Positions 58,425 to 64,000 of a stretch of DNA of 64,000 nt are shown piece by piece (positions within the stretch are counted from its first letter, which is position 1; each line of letters starts with the position of its first letter). Under the pieces are notes generated by a model. It was given only the letters and a program-made list of their open reading frames with translations. It did no database searches and was not told where the DNA came from. The DNA is taken from the NCBI GenBank assembly GCA_015665275.1, contig JADFAL010000066.1, positions 617-64,616 of the forward strand, read 5' to 3'. Source of the DNA: Flavobacteriales bacterium (GTDB lineage: Bacteria > Bacteroidota > Bacteroidia > Flavobacteriales_D > Crocinitomicaceae). The position numbers and the translations under genes are program-made.

Positions 58425-60167
58425 CTACTTAGATGCCTCGCGCACATCTTTGATGTTCAATTGTAAACGTTCACGGTCATTCCAGCGATTAATTTCGAGC
58501 GTATAGACAACATCAAACGGAACACCTGATGCAACCAAGTCCGCTTTTTCCGCCATATTGAAGCCAATACCCTCCATGATCAAATCGGAATTGGGTTGCG
58601 TCATGGACATTTTCAGGTGGGCGCCTTTCAATACGCGCAATTCAGTGCTGAAGACATTTTTGGATAGAAATACGGGCTTCATATTTCCCGGTCCATGAGG
58701 CTCAAATTGACGCAAGATTCGCTTTAGCCTCGGAATTTGCAGTCTATTTTCTTCTGGTTTAAATATTTGTTCGAAGGAGAGCTCCAAATCAACGACTTGT
58801 TCTTCCACCAACATTTCTGGGGTCAATGCTTTGGCGGCAACCGCTTCAAATTTAAGTGCAAAGGCATCCAAATTTTCTTCTTTTAGAGTTAATCCCGCGG
58901 CATGGAAGTGTCCACCGAATTGCTCCAGAAGTTCAGAGCATTGTTCTAAGGCATCGTGTAAGTTGAAGGCAGCGACGGATCGCGCGGAACCAGTGATCAA
59001 TCCATTAGATTTGGTTAAAACGACGGTTGGTTTGTAGTGCTTTTCAATAATGCGCGATGCAACAATTCCTACAACGCCTTTGTGCCAAGTGTCTTGATAT
59101 ACGATGTTGCAATGTCTATCCTTGGAGGCTGTTTCCAATTGCTCCAGCGCCTCCTCGGTAATTTCTTTGTCCAGTTCGCGGCGTTCGATGTTATCGGCAT
59201 TAATCTCTCCGGCAATTTGTTGAATTTCATCCTGATCTTCGGAAATCATCAACTGAACCGCATGTCTTCCAGAACGAAGGCGACCGGCGGCATTAATGCG
59301 CGGAGCAATATTGAAAATCACATCGGTTAAATTTACGGGCATTTGTTTCTTTGCCAAATCGAGCAATGCTTTGAAAGCTGGCCGGGGATGACTGTTCAAT
59401 CGCTCCATTCCATGAAAGCAAAGCGTTCGGTTTTCGCCCGTAATTGGGACGATATCAGCACCGATACTTACGGCAAGAAGATCGAGATGACTGAATAAAA
59501 CATCTTGATTCCAATTGTTGACTTCGCTCAATCCTTGTAAGAGTTTGAACCCAACTCCGCATCCAGAAAGTTCTTTGTAGGGATAGTCGCAATCCGATCG
59601 TTTCGGATCTAAAACAATCGCCTCTGGAAGTTTAGCACCCGGCTCGTGGTGATCGCAGACAATAAAATCAATTCCCTTCGAACTAGCGTATTCCACTTCC
59701 TCATTGGATTTGATTCCGCAATCCAACGAAATGATCAAAGAAACATCGTGCTCTTCGGCTACATCAATCCCTTTTTTGCTGACTCCGTAACCTTCTGAAT
59801 AGCGATCTGGAATGTAGTAATCGACGGGCAGCGTACCTTTAAGGAAAGTGTGTAGCAGCGCGACAGCGGTGGTTCCGTCTACATCGTAATCACCAAAAAG
59901 GAGTACTTTTTCTTGTTGATCAATGGCTTCTTGCAAGCGTTCTACCGCAGCGTCCATGTCCTTCATTAGAAAAGGGTCGTGCAGCGAAGAAATATCCGGT
60001 CGAAAGAAGGTGTGTGCTGCATTGTATGTGTCTATTTTCCGTTGTAAGAGAAGTTCGGCAACCACAGGGTCTACCTTTAGCTTTGAACGAAAAGCTTCAA
60101 CGCTTGTACGATCTTGTGGTGACTTTACCAGCCATTTTTTTTGCATCAAGTTGGTTTCGGGGTGCAT
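58425..60167 (-). CDS. recJ: Single-stranded-DNA-specific exonuclease RecJ
   Basis: DHH motifs LLFGDYDVDGTTAVALL, SLDCG and CDHHEP. The DHHA1 motif GGHFHAAG is present. The start may be the internal MQKKW at 60146. Confidence 0.9.
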   Translation of the reverse strand: MHPETNLMQKKWLVKSPQDRTSVEAFRSKLKVDPVVAELLLQRKIDTYNAAHTFFRPDISSLHDPFLMKDMDAAVERLQEAIDQQEKVLLFGDYDVDGTTAVALLHTFLKGTLPVDYYIPDRYSEGYGVSKKGIDVAEEHDVSLIISLDCGIKSNEEVEYASSKGIDFIVCDHHEPGAKLPEAIVLDPKRSDCDYPYKELSGCGVGFKLLQGLSEVNNWNQDVLFSHLDLLAVSIGADIVPITGENRTLCFHGMERLNSHPRPAFKALLDLAKKQMPVNLTDVIFNIAPRINAAGRLRSGRHAVQLMISEDQDEIQQIAGEINADNIERRELDKEITEEALEQLETASKDRHCNIVYQDTWHKGVVGIVASRIIEKHYKPTVVLTKSNGLITGSARSVAAFNLHDALEQCSELLEQFGGHFHAAGLTLKEENLDAFALKFEAVAAKALTPEMLVEEQVVDLELSFEQIFKPEENRLQIPRLKRILRQFEPHGPGNMKPVFLSKNVFSTELRVLKGAHLKMSMTQPNSDLIMEGIGFNMAEKADLVASGVPFDVVYTLEINRWNDRERLQLNIKDVREASK

Positions 60168-60205
60168 TTGTAGTTGTAAATTTAAGGATCAGTCTAAATT
60201 AAGTT

Positions 60206-60853
60206 ATGAAAATAGTTGCTTCCATCGTTGCGTTTATCGTCGTTTTTTCGTCAAATGCCCAATATTCGTACTATTTTGCTGAACCCCTGCCTTCGGCAGG
60301 AAGTGAAGTGGAAATGGTGAAAGAAAAATATTTCGGGAGCTATGCCACCAAAGATGGGACGATTACATACGATTTCGATAACCAGGGAATAACATTGATT
60401 TCAACTACCATTTCGGCTATTAGTAAGGAAATTGTCAGGGAATCATCGCAGTATTCGGTTCGGAACGGTTACATTTTTGGCATTGAAAAGAATGATTCTG
60501 TTCCATGTGTTTTGGAAGATGGGTTCTATTATTTTGCCGTTCGTAATCGAGATCGGTTTGCCGGAGGAACATCAAAAAACATCCTCACTTCAACATCAAC
60601 TCCAGGTGAATATGTGTTGAACATTTACGATAATGGCAAATACATCCCGCAACTATTGCGCTTCAACGGTAAGAAGTTAGAAATCGCGCATTTCGACTAT
60701 GAAGGCGAAGAATCAGGGGAGTTTGGGTTTATTACTGAACAGGAGGAATTGACATTAGACGGGCTTAAATTGGTGATTTTGAAACCGGAAGCAGGAGATT
60801 TTGATCGCATCGCCTCCCAAGCACTTCTCGAAGGCATGGCTTTGAAGAAATAA
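60206..60853 (+). CDS. Secreted protein, unknown function
   Basis: 215 aa with signal peptide MKIVASIVAFIVVFSSNAQ. No motif recognised. Confidence 0.4.
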   Translation: MKIVASIVAFIVVFSSNAQYSYYFAEPLPSAGSEVEMVKEKYFGSYATKDGTITYDFDNQGITLISTTISAISKEIVRESSQYSVRNGYIFGIEKNDSVPCVLEDGFYYFAVRNRDRFAGGTSKNILTSTSTPGEYVLNIYDNGKYIPQLLRFNGKKLEIAHFDYEGEESGEFGFITEQEELTLDGLKLVILKPEAGDFDRIASQALLEGMALKK

Positions 60854-60979
60854 GCCCGGTTAACACATTGTTAACTCCAGAAACGCTCAATTCTAGCGCT
60901 TCCGTTAGTGATTCAGTGCAAGCTTTCGTATTTTAGCGTTCCCTAACTTACGCACTGCATAGAACGTATTAAAACGATT

Positions 60980-63900
60980 ATGAAAGCAAACTTGATAATT
61001 GCTACGCTAGCACTATTATGCGCTACTAGCACATTCGCACAGCAACCAGGTGACACGATTACGGTAAACTCCTGGAATTGGTCCCAAACCAACTTCGGAT
61101 CGGGTATTCGCGATACTATGGTTAATTTCCCAGACGATCCCACGGTTACCTACGAAAAGGTTTTGATGAGTTACAACATGCGCTGTAAAGGCGGTGGAGT
61201 GAACACTGGAGGAGGTAACAATGTAGCTTGTGGTGAGTGGGATTACAGCTGTAATACGTATGTACACGATTCCACGCGCGCGGATTCATTAATCAGCACG
61301 CACCCGGATTTCACTATTTCTGATTTTTCTGGAACAACGTATAATTACACGTCACAACCGCTTTATGATTTCTATCAGTATGTGCAACAAAACGTGGTGT
61401 TGAACAACATTATCAGTGAAAATCAGTATGTAATTGCACCGGGAACAGTTCCGGTTCCAAATGCGCTGGCGGGAGCCAATAATTCAGGAAAAGCGCAATT
61501 CATGTATACGGCTGCAGAGCTAACTGGAGCAGGATTTGCTGCGGGTAATATCGATGGATTCCTTGTAGATGCCGTAAGCGGAGGGCAGGTAAACTTCTTA
61601 CGTGTGAACATCAAAGAAACAACAGCGCCGAATCTTGATCCGGCCAATCCAGAATTGACTGGTTTCTCGGAGGTTTTTTTCAGCGATTACACGTTTGCAG
61701 TGGGTCAGAACCGTATTCAATTCCATACACCGTATGTTTGGAACGGAACAGACAACATTATCATTGAAGTATCATTCACCAATACTGTTGGAGCGACGAA
61801 TGTAGTATTGGATGGTTCAGCAGCAGCAGGAATGGCGATGCACGGCAATAATGGATATCACGTAGATCTTTCTGGAAACGGTCACTTCGACATTCCAACA
61901 AGTGCAATGGGTGGCATTTCCGACGAAATCACCATTTCTTTCTGGGCATATGGAAACGAAAATCTTCTACCCGTTAACACATCTATAATAGAAGCAACAG
62001 GTGCTGGGGGAGAGAGAGATGTCAACATTCACATGCCATGGAGCAATGGACAACTGTACTGGGACTGTGGTGGTGACGGCGGTTACGACCGTATCAACCA
62101 ACCAATGTCTGCTACGGAAATGGGAGGTCAATGGAACCATTGGGCAATGTCCAAAAACGCAACCACAGGAATTATGGAAGTCTACCACAATGGAACGTTG
62201 TGGCACTCTGGAACAGGGAAAACGCGTCCAATTGATATTGCCAACATGGTACTTGGGAAGTCATGGGCGTATACAAATAACTGGAAAGGAAAAGTTGACG
62301 AACTCCGTATTTGGGATAAAGCTTTGACGGCAACAGATATCCAAAACTGGATGAATATTCCGGTAGACAATACACATCCTGAATATGCAAGTCTGGTAGC
62401 TTATTACAACTTAGACGAAGGAACTGGAACTTCAATCAGCGACAACTCGGTAAATGCTTTGTCTGCAAACGGTAACAATACGGTTCTTTGGAACTTTGAG
62501 CGCGGAAAGGATTTGGATAAATTCTTCATTGAAGATGCTGAACGTCCCGCAGTAACATTGGTTCAAGGAAACTACGATATCACTACTACACCAACGAATG
62601 TTTTGGATTCTATCCTTTTGGTTCCAAATTCAGTTTCAGAATACACGGTGGTTTCTAACTCGGGAACAACTATGAATGATGATATAAATGTGGTTTCAAC
62701 GACAAGCTACTGGGAGGCAGTTCCTGAAAATATTTACGACGGAGCCACAGGAGCATTGTTATCTACGATTCCAGTTACAGCAGAAGGATCGATCACTCCC
62801 GCGGATATGGACTACTGGAGTCGTTGGCCAATGAAGTTTGAGATTATGTCATTTGTAACACCATATGGAATCGGATTGAACCTTGGACCTGACGGAAAAA
62901 CATGGATGTTTGATGTAACAGATTTCCTCCCAATTCTTACCGGAGAAAAACGAATGACGATGGAGCGTGGTGGTCAGCATCAGGAAGATATGGACATCAA
63001 ATTCCACTTCATTGTGGGTACGCCAACGCGTGATGTAGTAGATATTCAATCTTTGTGGAGAACAAATTCTCGCGGATACACAGGTATTGTGAACGACCAG
63101 TACTTCCCGCCAAGAGATGTGGTTATGAATCCGAACGCAACTGCTTACAAATTAAGAACGGCAATTACAGGTCACGGTCAAGAAGGAGAATTTATCCCAC
63201 GTGAGCACTTTGTAGACATTGATGGAGGAGCAAAAGAATTCCAATGGCAAGTTTGGACAGAATGTGCTGAGAATCCGATCTATCCGCAAGGAGGAACATG
63301 GATTTACGATCGTGCAGGATGGTGTCCAGGTGCCCCAACAGACTTGAACGAGTTTGACATCACGAGCATGGTAACACCAGGGTCAACACACACGATTGAT
63401 TACGGAATGACGGGAGCAACTGGAACTTCAAATTACATCGTAAACAACCAGTTGGTATCCTATGGCGATCCAAACCACACCTTAGATGTGTCGATTTTGG
63501 ACATTATGAACCCATCGGATTACGTGGAGTACGAGCGCTCAAACGGAATTTGTAATACTCCGGTTGTAGAGATTCAAAATACGGGAAGCACCACACTGAC
63601 TTCAGCAACCATTGAATACTGGGTGAACGGAAGTTCAACACCTCAGACATACACTTGGAATGGAAGCTTGGAATTCCTTGAGAAAGCAACCGTTGAATTG
63701 CCAACGCCATCTGCTCTTTGGAATGACCTAACAGGGACAGGAACGAACACATTTTATGCGAGCGTTTCAAGTCCAAACGGTGGAACGGATGAGTACGTTC
63801 ATAACAATACATTCAAGACAGACTTCACAGTACCGGAGGTTGTTCCTTCGAACTTCTGGATTGAATTCCGAACCAACAGCGCAGCAAGCGAGAGCAGCTA

Positions 63901-64000
63901 TGAATTGCTAGATGATGCTGGAAATACCTTATTGTTCCGTAACGGAATGACAAACAATACAACGTACCGCGATACTTTCGAGCTTGGATACGGATGCTAC
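60980..64000 (+). CDS. Large secreted multidomain protein (LamG/concanavalin-like lectin domain, possible PNGase-F-like region), 3'-partial
   Basis: ATG 60980 gives signal peptide MKANLIIATLALLCATSTFAQ. The frame stays open for 1007 codons to the window end; it is absent from the track because it has no stop. GKVDELRIWDKALTATDIQNWMN is a LamG_3-type motif. TAITGHGQEGEFIPREHF loosely recalls PNGase F-type domains. Confidence 0.6.
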   Translation, partial: MKANLIIATLALLCATSTFAQQPGDTITVNSWNWSQTNFGSGIRDTMVNFPDDPTVTYEKVLMSYNMRCKGGGVNTGGGNNVACGEWDYSCNTYVHDSTRADSLISTHPDFTISDFSGTTYNYTSQPLYDFYQYVQQNVVLNNIISENQYVIAPGTVPVPNALAGANNSGKAQFMYTAAELTGAGFAAGNIDGFLVDAVSGGQVNFLRVNIKETTAPNLDPANPELTGFSEVFFSDYTFAVGQNRIQFHTPYVWNGTDNIIIEVSFTNTVGATNVVLDGSAAAGMAMHGNNGYHVDLSGNGHFDIPTSAMGGISDEITISFWAYGNENLLPVNTSIIEATGAGGERDVNIHMPWSNGQLYWDCGGDGGYDRINQPMSATEMGGQWNHWAMSKNATTGIMEVYHNGTLWHSGTGKTRPIDIANMVLGKSWAYTNNWKGKVDELRIWDKALTATDIQNWMNIPVDNTHPEYASLVAYYNLDEGTGTSISDNSVNALSANGNNTVLWNFERGKDLDKFFIEDAERPAVTLVQGNYDITTTPTNVLDSILLVPNSVSEYTVVSNSGTTMNDDINVVSTTSYWEAVPENIYDGATGALLSTIPVTAEGSITPADMDYWSRWPMKFEIMSFVTPYGIGLNLGPDGKTWMFDVTDFLPILTGEKRMTMERGGQHQEDMDIKFHFIVGTPTRDVVDIQSLWRTNSRGYTGIVNDQYFPPRDVVMNPNATAYKLRTAITGHGQEGEFIPREHFVDIDGGAKEFQWQVWTECAENPIYPQGGTWIYDRAGWCPGAPTDLNEFDITSMVTPGSTHTIDYGMTGATGTSNYIVNNQLVSYGDPNHTLDVSILDIMNPSDYVEYERSNGICNTPVVEIQNTGSTTLTSATIEYWVNGSSTPQTYTWNGSLEFLEKATVELPTPSALWNDLTGTGTNTFYASVSSPNGGTDEYVHNNTFKTDFTVPEVVPSNFWIEFRTNSAASESSYELLDDAGNTLLFRNGMTNNTTYRDTFELGYGCY

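Noticed and set aside
60858-60875. Hairpin gttaaca-cat-tgttaac after the 60206..60853 gene as a terminator
   Set aside because: The stem is a perfect 7 bp but AT-rich and has no following T-run. The support is too weak to annotate.
1-64000. CRISPR arrays, tRNA/rRNA genes, IS elements, integrases, prophage or classical defence operons
   Set aside because: Scanning the intergenic regions found no regularly spaced direct repeats. I saw no tRNA T-loop consensus (GGTTCGAATCC-like) and no transposase or integrase-like ORFs. Every ORF over 150 aa could be assigned to housekeeping, envelope or secreted-protein classes.

Overview
This is a Bacteroidota-type chromosomal window, probably Flavobacteriia-like. 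The evidence is many T9SS C-terminal sorting domains, TAnnTTTG -7 promoter boxes, a TonB-dependent receptor, frequent ATGA-type gene overlaps and no obvious Shine-Dalgarno use.

Most of the content is housekeeping:
- egtB-egtD (ergothioneine), followed by glutathione peroxidase, an FKBP isomerase and a convergent bacilliredoxin
- a LytS/LytTR two-component pair
- comF, nrdB-nrdA and rimP-nusA-infB
- tatA-gatA plus a LysM lytic transglycosylase
- LPS-core glycosyltransferases (GT2, GT9)
- radA, moeB/thiF-rhodanese, and pnuC with a NadR-type kinase
- a TPP riboswitch in front of a TonB-dependent receptor
- lrp, a GNAT acetyltransferase, a Cys/Met-family PLP enzyme and a VOC protein
- an Upf1-like SF1 helicase, pirin, two skp/ompH genes and recJ
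- a large secreted LamG-containing protein that runs off the 3' end

I recognised no rRNA, tRNA, CRISPR array, transposase, integrase or classical defence system.

The points I consider worth a second look are:
1. Gene damage is concentrated in accessory genes. There are five in-frame stop codons (TAA, TAG and TGA all occur), three 1-nt homopolymer frameshifts, a deletion scar that fuses two convergent genes, and a pirin ORF that has lost its stop. Four of the six complete T9SS-cargo genes and the LytS kinase are affected, while every housekeeping gene is intact.
2. A clear TPP riboswitch precedes a TonB-dependent receptor and has a hairpin that could sequester the start codon. It lies immediately downstream of a pnuC-like transporter and kinase pair.
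3. A low-molecular-weight-thiol island combines egtBD, gpx and brx.
4. Several uncharacterised secreted proteins stand out: a 13-residue YESQ-repeat protein, a glycine-rich fibre-like protein paired with a T9SS beta-helix protein, and a small CxC family.
5. A perfect 22-bp palindrome lies in the long nrdB leader.

All functional calls rest on motifs read by eye from the translations. No database search was run.
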